Source of the DNA: Perkinsela sp. CCAP 1560/9
Taxonomy: Eukaryota; Protista; Euglenozoa: Kinetoplastea
Length of the DNA stretch: 64,000 nt
Reading direction: 5' to 3'
NCBI GenBank assembly: GCA_965644495.1
Contig: CBFFSA010000001.1
Span: 3,844,001-3,908,000, forward strand
The position numbers and the translations under genes are program-made. The notes beneath the pieces were generated by a model that saw nothing but the letters and a program-made list of their open reading frames with translations, was not told the origin of the DNA and made no database searches. Of this stretch, positions 1 to 10,100 are shown in pieces (within the stretch, counting starts at the first letter, position 1; each line of letters starts with the position of its first letter).

Positions 1-261
1 TAATATCTCCGATTAAATTTGCCTTCTGGAGAGCTTGATCCAGAAAACTTATCCCCAATAGCATATTCCGAAATAATGTGCTGGGGCTCAATCTGGAAAT
101 ACGCAGCTGTGATAATATTATGTATGATGATACATAATAAGTAATTAAATGACGGACAAATTCTTCTCATTCATCCGGCAAATTTGTTTTGTACAAAATA
201 TGATTATTTGATCTTTATTGTTACTCGAGATTTCTTTTTCACTTTTCATTAAAATTTAATC

Positions 262-1044
262 ATGACATTGCTTGTTTCCCTTGCTGACGTACGCGACCGG
301 GTAAATAGCGCTAGCAAGATTCGCGGAGCTGAAATGAGCTATGAGCTCATGATGCAGCGTTTTGTCGCCTCTTTGCATACGCATAATGAAGAATTAATAT
401 GGGATTCAAATAAGCATCCATGTCTCTGGAATGGGGTAGACTGTGAGGAACACACTATTGTTCGAATTCGGTGGAACTGGTGCAAACTCCACGGGAACCT
501 TTCTTTATCGTTTCTTCCGAGCACCGTACGCGAGCTCCTCTTATACAAAAATCTGTTGGAAGGCTCCTTAGAAGTCGCCTATCTCCCTGAGAAGTTGGAG
601 CACATTTCCGTTGGAGAAAACAATCTTAGCGGAGGAATATCTCTCACGTCACTGCCGAATGCGCTAGAACGTGCCGACTTTACGGCGAACGGGTTCGAAG
701 GTGCTCTCGAACTTTCTACTCTCCCCTCTAAGCTGAGTTTTCTCTGGCTTTCAAAAAATAAGCTTGAGGGGACAATTAACCTAACTTCCCTCCCGTCTTC
801 GCTACTCGTATTAGATCTGCGTGGGAATCAACTTACTGGGAATCCCTCACTAGATAATTTGCCTTCGTTAATGCTACACCTCTATCTTTCTGACAACAGG
901 TTCGAGGGAGAGTTAGACTGTCGCGCACTCTCTGCCAGGTTGGCATTGCACGTAGAAAGAAACATGTTTTCGAAGATAATTTTACCTCCGGTGGGCCAAG
1001 GGGCTGCTGTAGGGCACACTGCACCATGTTTTATTCGGAAGTAA
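262..1044 (+). CDS. LRR-only family protein (Cys/Trp N-cap plus ~24-aa LRRs)
   Basis: N-cap HPCLWNGVDC followed by LPxxLxxLxLxxNxLxG repeats; KIRGAEMSYEL motif shared with paralogs. Confidence 0.9.
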   Translation: MTLLVSLADVRDRVNSASKIRGAEMSYELMMQRFVASLHTHNEELIWDSNKHPCLWNGVDCEEHTIVRIRWNWCKLHGNLSLSFLPSTVRELLLYKNLLEGSLEVAYLPEKLEHISVGENNLSGGISLTSLPNALERADFTANGFEGALELSTLPSKLSFLWLSKNKLEGTINLTSLPSSLLVLDLRGNQLTGNPSLDNLPSLMLHLYLSDNRFEGELDCRALSARLALHVERNMFSKIILPPVGQGAAVGHTAPCFIRK

Positions 1045-1563
1045 GGGAGACATCACATCCGAAACATGTACGTCACACTGAAACGTCCTGCTTCAGATCG
1101 AAACATGCTGCTAAATCATACTACACAGCGTGTATACAAGTGTCTCTTTAAAAATATATGTTTTTACAGTCGTTCCTGAACACTGTAAAGCTTCTACAAT
1201 AGTAGTTTTACAGTGCTAAGGAACTTTCAGCTGAAATTCCGAAGAAAAAGCCAGGTCACTGTATTTTTACCCACCTGAACTTTTCCTACAAGACTTCTGA
1301 TTTTATTTTTGTCCTTACTTACATGGCGTTCATCCCTTCTTTATCATAAAGAAATCATAAAGAAAATTTCTATATAATTTATAACGAAGGCATAAATTAT
1401 GCCTCTTCGTTCTTACAAAATCAACCTTGAAAAGAGCGATCTCATAACTCTATGCCATCCTACCTCTCACCCTAGTAGCCCGCCAAAACACACAAAAAAA
1501 AGAAAATTTAAAAAATATTGAAAACACATTTTCGTCAACCCCTCCCTTTTCTCCCCCTTTCCC

Positions 1564-3060
1564 ATGAGCCTTTCCCCCTCCGCAACCTCCACTCCTCCCC
1601 CTCAACCCGAACCCTCCACCCACGAACTCGTTCCTGACTTCACCCTCCCCGTTGAAACCCGTCTCACCCCAACCCACACCGCACTCACCCAAACCCACCA
1701 CGCCCTCCTCACCCAGCTCCACGCCCTGCAGCAAACCGTCGCGCTTCAAAACCAGCAGCTGGAGGAATTCGAGTCCCGTGTCGATACAATCGGGGGCAAA
1801 ACAGAAGCCACGTCTTCGCCTGGATTGGGGTTAGGTAAAGAAAACAGAAAAGGCTTTTCTTCTTCTTCTATTTCTTCTTCTTCTTCTTCTTCTTCTTCTC
1901 TTCGCTATCACGGGATGCCCCAGGAGCTGGCCTCGGATGCGCTACGACGTCGAGCGCTGCGTCTGCAGCAAACGGCGTGCTCGATCAAGGCCCTGCGGCA
2001 CGCGGTGCGCCACAGGCTCCCGTTGCAGGAGAGGAGGCTGGGGGAGCGGTTGGAGGGGAAACGGCGGGCGCTGGAGAAGGTGAAGACACGGACGGGGTGG
2101 TGCGCACCGGCGACGACAACAAAAACAACAACAAGCACAACCCATGGGAGTGAAACCCACGCGGTCTCGTTTCAACAAAAAATGGAACAAGTACAGGCGA
2201 TGCGGGAACTCGTGGCGCAGCTTGAGGCGGAGAGAAAGGCACACAGCACATTGATGCATAAAAAAGATGAGCTGATCACGACGCTTGGCCAGGAGTTGAG
2301 TCGTCGTCGTGAAGTGTATGAAAAGGTTGGCCTCACTCGAAACAAGATAGTGGGTGTGGAAAAAGAATGTGAAAAGGTACGTCAAGCAATAGAGAGTGTC
2401 AAAGCGGAGGATGCACAAATTGATGCTGCTCTACAAGATCTGGAGCGCTCCAGAGATGTGGTAGCGTTTCAAGCCGTAGAGGAAGACGTTTATTTGTTGC
2501 AGCAAGAGCTGCAACGACAAAAGGAGATCGCCGAGAAGCAGCGCGAAAAGATGAGTGTTGTGCAACAACGTCTACGTGTGTTGACTCGTCGCTGGTCGAA
2601 TATGTTGCTTGCGTTGCGCGAGTTAGGACTCGACAAGCAGCTGTCCACGTTCAGTAGACAAAGTACGAGCGTGGTCGTCTCCGATGACCAGGTGGAAGAA
2701 CTAAATGACGATGTAGATATCAGTCTGTATGAGTTGTTTCAACGTGCGAAGTTGAAATTGTTGCATGAGTACTCCGTCAAGGAGGTCTTGATCGAAGAAA
2801 AGACGCAAACTATGGAAATGTTACAGGAAAAGCTTCTCACTATTTACCAAAAGTACATTCAGTCAAAGCGCGCGTTGGCAAGCGAAAGGGCGGAAATAGA
2901 AGCGCAGATTAGTGACCTGCAGGAGAAAGTGGTGCTTGCTCGTGCAGAAACGGATGCCAAAGCGGTTGATGCAAAACTAGAAAGTGTGAGCCCAGCTCGT
3001 ACACCTGCGCGATTCAAAAATAGGGATCGCAGTATGAAGTCCTCTCCACTAGCAATGTAA
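1564..3060 (+). CDS. coiled-coil hypothetical protein
   Basis: 498-aa ORF rich in E/Q/K/R/L heptads, with an upstream pyrimidine tract. Confidence 0.75.
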   Translation: MSLSPSATSTPPPQPEPSTHELVPDFTLPVETRLTPTHTALTQTHHALLTQLHALQQTVALQNQQLEEFESRVDTIGGKTEATSSPGLGLGKENRKGFSSSSISSSSSSSSSLRYHGMPQELASDALRRRALRLQQTACSIKALRHAVRHRLPLQERRLGERLEGKRRALEKVKTRTGWCAPATTTKTTTSTTHGSETHAVSFQQKMEQVQAMRELVAQLEAERKAHSTLMHKKDELITTLGQELSRRREVYEKVGLTRNKIVGVEKECEKVRQAIESVKAEDAQIDAALQDLERSRDVVAFQAVEEDVYLLQQELQRQKEIAEKQREKMSVVQQRLRVLTRRWSNMLLALRELGLDKQLSTFSRQSTSVVVSDDQVEELNDDVDISLYELFQRAKLKLLHEYSVKEVLIEEKTQTMEMLQEKLLTIYQKYIQSKRALASERAEIEAQISDLQEKVVLARAETDAKAVDAKLESVSPARTPARFKNRDRSMKSSPLAM

Positions 3061-3526
3061 TATAATGAAAATCTGAAAAAAGAAGAGTCGTCAGCAGTCA
3101 GGATCTAAGTATATACAAGTGTATGTGTTTCAAGATTTTAATCCACTATCGTTTTTTCGTCACTGATTTTGATATCATGTACATGCTTCAGAAATGTGCC
3201 GTTATGTATGTTTGATTTTAATTAATACTTTAGTGCAAACTTGGACTATAGCAGCCGGAGTATGTTTCTAATAGTGTATGCCTGTACAAATAAGAAATTT
3301 ACTATTCCTTCATTCCTAAACTTCTCCGTGTCATCCTCTCCATATTATCCTACTGTACTCGCCTACCTGATAATTTTTACAAAAAAAAAATTGTCCAACC
3401 TAAGCATATTGTGACAAGGTGTGCAACTTATACGCCGATTTTTTTCCCTTTTTAGCTCCCCACTCCTTACATTATTTCTGTTTATCTTCTAGTTTTTGTT
3501 TATACGCCACCATTGTTCCATTTCAT

Positions 3527-4447
3527 ATGCCATCCCGTTCCTCGCCTTCCCGCCGCCACGGTCCCAACTCCCCTTGGCAATTTCCTCTGAAACCCAAGCC
3601 GCATACCACCCGGGCCTACGCCGCGAGACCCCCTCCAATGTTTCTACCCACCCAAAGAAGTCCCTCTCTCGCACCTATACCCCCACCCGACTTTGTGACA
3701 AACTCGCCCATCGCCTCCGAAATCGTTCTCGAGAAAATGACATCTTCTCTACCCACTCTTCCGGAACACCTTCCCGGATCTTTCACACGCTCGACAAACA
3801 TAAACCGTTCGACACCTGTAGAGCCCAATAATAATAACAACGGTCACATGAACTCCTTGGGGCTGCCTTTAACTCCGCCTTTGCGGACAACTTCTACTTC
3901 CCTTCCTGGGGGTTCATTTTTACGTTTTTCACAAAGTCCGGAGAATAATAATGGTAACAATGGCTACAACACCACAAATCTTAACCATCCCGCACAACTC
4001 ACCACCCCGACCACTTCCTCCCCGTTCTCTGCGAAAGTAAGTCAATACGAACGCACCAAAGCGTTGTGGGAACTCAATCTATCCCCGTATGGGTACGCGA
4101 CAAAAAAAATGGAGAGAAAAAACGAGTTTGAGGGTTCCGGAATGGAGTTTTTGACCTCTACTACACGACAAGAAAAAGAACCCGAAATTTCTCCAAGTAA
4201 CCTTCTTGGCGAAAACAAACAAGATATTGAAAAAGTAACCCAATCGCCTCGATTCCGTGTAACCTATACGAATCAGACGGTACAAACCCATACGGTTGGT
4301 TTGGGAAAAACAAACGAGCGGGTTGCAAAGACGAATACAAACACATCAAACTCGGAAAAAGCGGCCCAAGCTTTTCCATATGGTGATATCAGCGGACATT
4401 ACAGTTCCCCGCTGATCCGTCCACCTCCCTCACTGGAATTGGGATAA
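3527..4447 (+). CDS. low-complexity Pro/Ser/Asn-rich hypothetical protein
   Basis: Long ORF; first ATG at 3527 follows a pyrimidine tract. Confidence 0.55.
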   Translation: MPSRSSPSRRHGPNSPWQFPLKPKPHTTRAYAARPPPMFLPTQRSPSLAPIPPPDFVTNSPIASEIVLEKMTSSLPTLPEHLPGSFTRSTNINRSTPVEPNNNNNGHMNSLGLPLTPPLRTTSTSLPGGSFLRFSQSPENNNGNNGYNTTNLNHPAQLTTPTTSSPFSAKVSQYERTKALWELNLSPYGYATKKMERKNEFEGSGMEFLTSTTRQEKEPEISPSNLLGENKQDIEKVTQSPRFRVTYTNQTVQTHTVGLGKTNERVAKTNTNTSNSEKAAQAFPYGDISGHYSSPLIRPPPSLELG

Positions 4448-4879
4448 TGCAGAGGAATGGTGGTTTATTCTTTGCAGACTTTAAATCCCGTTTTTACTTT
4501 AACACAACATTAGGTTTCTGTAAGTAAATATATTTCAATGGGACGTCTAAAAGAAATATTTATTAGTATTGTGAAAGTAATTGAATTCGGCTTTATGCTT
4601 GTAGAGCAACCTTGTAGAATAGATCACTTTATTCGGAGAATCAGATACTTATTTTTCTTCTAACTCGGTATGTAGTGTGGAGTAGAAAATGAACAAATTC
4701 TCGTAAAATGCTTTTTTCCTGAATTCCATTTTCATTTTAGAAAAATGTTTTACATAAATTGGTAAATAATGTTTTTTTGCGAAATTTTGAAGATGTTACC
4801 TTAATGTTTTCCGACGTTTTCTTTTTATGGTACCGTGGACGTCCTGCGTATGGTATCCTTGATACGCAACAAAACTCTT

Positions 4880-5700
4880 TTCTTTGATTCACAACGTAAA
4901 CGGCGATACTCGCCGAGGTTTACATAACCTTTCCAGCAATCGCTGGACAACAGCCAAGTGGGAGAGAATGAAAGCATGTTTCATTTTCAGTGTTTCGAGG
5001 TCGCGGCGCTTCGCCAGCTTCCAACGGGTAAGACCCATTTTCCGCCCCTCTTTCTCAACTAAATGTCGCGAACCACGAACCCCGCTGTCGTTGACGACGA
5101 CCTCGGTTATGTTTTTGCTTACGTATGAATCAGGGAATACGTGTGATCAAAATTTCGCCCCTGATCAGCCTCCACTCTAAGTTGGGGTAGCGCCGTTTAT
5201 TTTGAAACTTGCTGTGATGATACGATCTGAGAAGCCTGATCAAATGCAGCCTCCGAGGTGCAGAAAGTTGTCGCTTACGATCTTTCGTCCAATGCCACGG
5301 TTTATGCAAACCTGCCCGGTACACGAATGGTTCGCAATGTCAGCCCACACTAAGAGAAGCATGCTAGGGGTCAACAAAATGCGGATCGAAAAGTGTGGGA
5401 GAAAACTGCTGACGTGCATTCGGCAAAATTTCCGATCAGCAGGTTATCGGTGCACACAAAGTCGCATCCGATCATTCCCCGAGATGTCAACCATGAACTG
5501 GTTCCTTTGATCAAGGTATTCGGGAATGGTAAAGAGACCATGTGCCTTCATCCATTTCTCCGCATCTTTACCTTGTGTAATAACAACAACGCTTCCCCAA
5601 AGTCTCACGCATGCGTACCGCGGACACCCTCTTCAAACAGGCTAAATCTCAAGATTTCGCCACGTACGGCGTTGTGTTGCAACAGGTTCAACGGGACGCT
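4880..5700 (-). mobile_element. decayed Merlin/ISXO2(IS1595)-like transposase remnant
   Basis: Broken minus-strand frames give WMKAHGL, RRDLETLK..ILSHLA and SDCWKGYVNL, with many stops and frameshifts; ends not defined. Confidence 0.5.
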
Positions 5701-7133
5701 CCTGAATCACACCACGCTCATTATCATCCCGCTGTTGAGCTGTATATTCGATTGCCGCAAGAAACCGCGCAAACAACCTTTACACACCCTGAAAAAACAA
5801 ATCTTCGTCCTCATGATGCATAAAAGGCAAAATTTGCAAGAAAATGCCTGACGCCAACAAGAGAATCAATTCCAGTTGTGTGCTTTAGGATATGTACAGT
5901 GGTGATCATCGTCTTTTACCCCCCCCCTACAGGTCTTGTATTTTCTTCCTTACTCGCGTCTCCGGAACCGCTGTTTCCCCTTCTTCTTTGGCGCCACTTT
6001 TCTCATTTTTTTCAGGGCGGAGTAACGGGAAGCAATTTCCAGTAGAAGCTTTCCGCTTATTTTTTTTTCATCGCATTTATTTTCTTGGATTAGTGCGACG
6101 TTGTCCAGCTTTTCCGTGTCCGGGATAGTTTCGCCAATGGCCGTTAGTGTCGCCTGTATAAAGTGCGTATCGTTATCCCAACTTGAATGCAGAGCTTTAA
6201 ACAGAGGCGTCCACTTTCGTTTTTCTAAGATCTTCAGTATGACGTTAGTTTTTCAGGACTTGATTTTCTCCTTCGATAGAGTTCATAACAAAAGCGTCCG
6301 TTACGGAGTCTGACATTGCAATTTCTACGTAATACAAAAGTGCGTCAAAAGCTTGTAGGGCAAGCGGCGCGAAACAAAATCGGTCCTTCGTTGTTGTTTT
6401 TTTAATATTCCTATACCTCGTAATATTCCTATACTCTTAAGTACCCTCTTAATATTCCTACCAGGAGTATTAACCCGAACAGTGGTTTAGTAGTAATATT
6501 CTTCAAATATTTACCATCATGCTACTTCCATTTCACCTTTCCGATATTGAACAGCACACGAAAGGACAACAAACGCAAACAAACGATATAAATTTAGAAC
6601 CAAAAGCACGTGACAAGGGACTAAGTTTTCGTCCTAGTAAGGTACGTGGAGCGAACTTACCACAGGAATATGAACTCGCACGATTGCTCGGAGACAATGA
6701 GAATTTGCCTACCACTTGGAGTACGTCAACGCCCGCGTGTGAATGGAAAGGCACCCATTGCAATACGGACGGATACGTCACAGGGCTTAATTGGGATTCT
6801 TTCAGTCTTACAGGCACTCTCCGATGGGATTGGCTACCTCGGTCAGTAGTCTTGTGTAATGTGATGAGAAATAAACTCACAGGACACATACATACTGAAA
6901 AATTGCCACCGCAACTTAGGTACTTGCTCTTATCCGTCAATAGATTTACGAATCAGGGAGATCTTACTTGCTTGCCTCTCTCACTGGAAGATTTTGTACT
7001 GGATGAAAATCACTGCCACGGAAATGTGGATTTGACACATTTGTCTCCCCGCTTGTCTAAGCTAAGCCTCCGCAGTAACTTTTTTTCTGGCGAAGTCAAT
7101 CTCACTGGCTTGCCGGCAAGCTTGACATACCTT

Positions 7134-10100
7134 GTCAGGTACCTTGTTGTACCTTGTTGATTTATTTTCCCCTACTTTTACGACCCTTCATGACCTCGCC
7201 ACATGCCAGAAGTGGGGAAATCTCACAGGCGTTGCAGGACTCTCATAAGAGACTAGGCAACGTAACTAGCCGATCCGCCACCTCTCTGACAGGTGCTGAA
7301 CGCGAGGCCAAGGAACATGCAGCTCAACATGCAAACTCCTACCGAGTCAGCTCCAAAGCTCCTATGAGAGGTTCACTGAAAACAAACACTGAAAAGAAGG
7401 AAACCGCAATAAATACGACCCGGCGATGTAAACATACTTGTAAGGAGAAAACAAAATGCGGCCATCCCTGCTGCAAGACTGCGCCGAATCCGCCGTCCAC
7501 TCAGCCCCTTAACATTTCACAATGCAAGCATCCCTGCAAAGACAAGAGTCTGTGCGGCCACCCATGTTGTAAACGACATCTTCTTCCTACCTGTGTTCCC
7601 GAAGATAGTACCACACATGTATCCCAAGGGAATACTGTTACCGATGTAACGAGGAGGACGGAAACAAACACAATGTCCTCTGAAGCCCCATCATCTGAAG
7701 GAGTAAAGGATGTACCTGAACCTATCGCCCCGTGCAAACATATCTGCAAGGATAAGGCGAATTGCGGGCACCCCTGTTGTAAACGTCACCTCCACACCAC
7801 TTGTACGAGCGCCGGTAGTGCACCTAGACTAGATCCACAAAGCAGTACGCGCGACAATGGGAGTCAAAATCTGGCAGGAGACTCTGGGGGCTTTATGGTG
7901 AAAGTACTGCGCCACTTGACCAAGCCCATATTTCAATGTGCGGGCAAACCCCAAACTGCGCAGAACTCCTCGAACACGGAAGTGTTTTCACCCAGCGGCA
8001 GATCCACAAGCGAGGGCTCCAACCACTACGAACGCTCAAGGAAACACGTCGAGGGAGAAATGTCGGCAAAGAGAAAATTGATTGCCCCAGGAATCGCAAG
8101 ATCAAACAGCGACAACCCTGCTACAACGCATGCCAACAGAGCTGATCAGCGTGAAGCAAGTAAGGTGCCCACCTTTCGGAAATCCCCTTCTTCTCCTCCG
8201 GAAGGAAAACAACATACTATCTCCTCAACAGCTATCAATCTTGCGTATGAATTATGTAAAGGCCTCCTTGGCATCCCTCCCCCGGAAGCACGAGCGAAAC
8301 CACCGCCTCTCAGAAAGATGACTCCCAAGACCGTAAACCGAGGGTCCCAACTATCTCCCAAGCGAGAACCTCCCGAATTCGCTATAGAAAAGCTGCAGGA
8401 AGGACCGACATTGCGCCTCAGCGCTCGACAGCCCGAACCAGAGCCTCAGAACCCATACAATCTACCATGTAAACATCCCTGTAAGGACAAAACCACGTGT
8501 GGCCACCTTTGCTGCAAAAGAGGGCTTACCCCTGGCATCACAACATCGTCACCCGCACGTATCTCTTCCTCTGATACCGAAAAGCACCCCCCAGACCGGA
8601 TAACTGATGAACCATATCGCGACCATCCCAGCAGCACGCCCGAGCACGACGCAGGGGTGGACACTTCCGACAACTCCAAAGCAGAGAAAGTCCCGTACCT
8701 CCCTGCCCCTTTATCGCCGCCACAGAATCTTTCGATAGTGCCGGAGTCCTGGAACGTCTCGTTCACGCCTAGTCCCACACGCCGCGGCGTAGAGAAACTA
8801 CTTATTAATCGTATAAAGTCACCCCACCATACCGACGACTCAGAAGGACTCTTGACAGAACCACCGTTCCCTCTCTGCACTGCGGACGACGAAGTTCCGG
8901 AATGGGTATTCGAGAAGGTCCCTCACGACGTGCCTTCTGGGAATTCGGGGGTCCCTGTAGAAAGACGTCGCTCGACAGAGAAAGGGAAACAATGCCTACA
9001 TTTTATACAATCCCGATCAAAGCCTCTGAAACTTCGCCTAGCAAGTGCCCAAGAATGGTTATATTTTCCGGACGTACGAGCTGCCTGCGAAAGTCAAATC
9101 ACACGCAGCAGGATTAGCTCCCTGCAGGGAGCGCAGGCAGCCATTTCGAAGGCGCTGAACTCTGGCAACCCCACGCACGACATCATAGTAAGAGGATGTT
9201 CCGTAGAAGAACTGATGGACCATGGGGCGTGCGATTTCATTACAATTCATAAAGTCGGAAGCCCGGACAAGTCTTCGCGCCACTCCAGTTGGGTATCTCT
9301 GTACCAGGATGCAGCCCTAAAACTTTCAGATTACTATTCCTCTCCGGGTACTCTCAGTAAAGCCGTTCTTAAGAGACTAAACGGCTCCGAAATTCCCGGG
9401 CTTGCAGATTATGTGATAACCCTACATCGACACACACCCATCGACGAAACTCCGCCGGTCTTAGAAGCTATTCCGGAGCTTCCAGCATATCGCATAGCAG
9501 ACCCACCCAGTCGTGTACCCTCTTTGCAATCCTTTGCACAACCCTGCCGCCACACCTGCCGCGACAAACTCGGGTGTGCTCATCGTTGCTGTAAAGTCTT
9601 CGGTCCCGCTGCTCCTCCAACTGCAGGTTCCACTGCCGCCGAGACCAGCTCTGCCCAGGAATCCAAAGTACCTCGCTCGGCGGTTCCACCAGACCTGCAG
9701 GAGTATAAAGAACAGGATCTCGATTACCTACTCCGAACAGCCAGGTACATCCAAGGGGGAAAGATATGTATCAACTTAACGGACGCACAGTGGCACGACG
9801 TTGAGACCAAGGCTCTCAAAAGGTGTGCATTACTCACTCCTGAACAAGACATAGATTCCGCCGTTAGGAACGCCGAACTCCTGAGCTCCATACTATCTGT
9901 CTCTACCTACGAGGTTGCTCGCGACGTGAATCCCACGAAAGGCTTTTTAATCCGCACAAAGAAAGGTCACGCAAAGACCCGATGCAGACCCTTGGAAAGC
10001 GAAAAAATAGCCTCGTCCTTCTCCCGGCACCTAAAAGAACTGCAGACAAAACTACGCTATACACATGGAAAGGCAGACAGGAACGCCTTAAAACGAACGA

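Noticed and set aside
4884-5851. Plus-strand ORFs or an alternative genetic code explaining the stops
   Set aside because: Better explained as a decayed minus-strand transposase; intact genes end normally in TAA, TAG and TGA.
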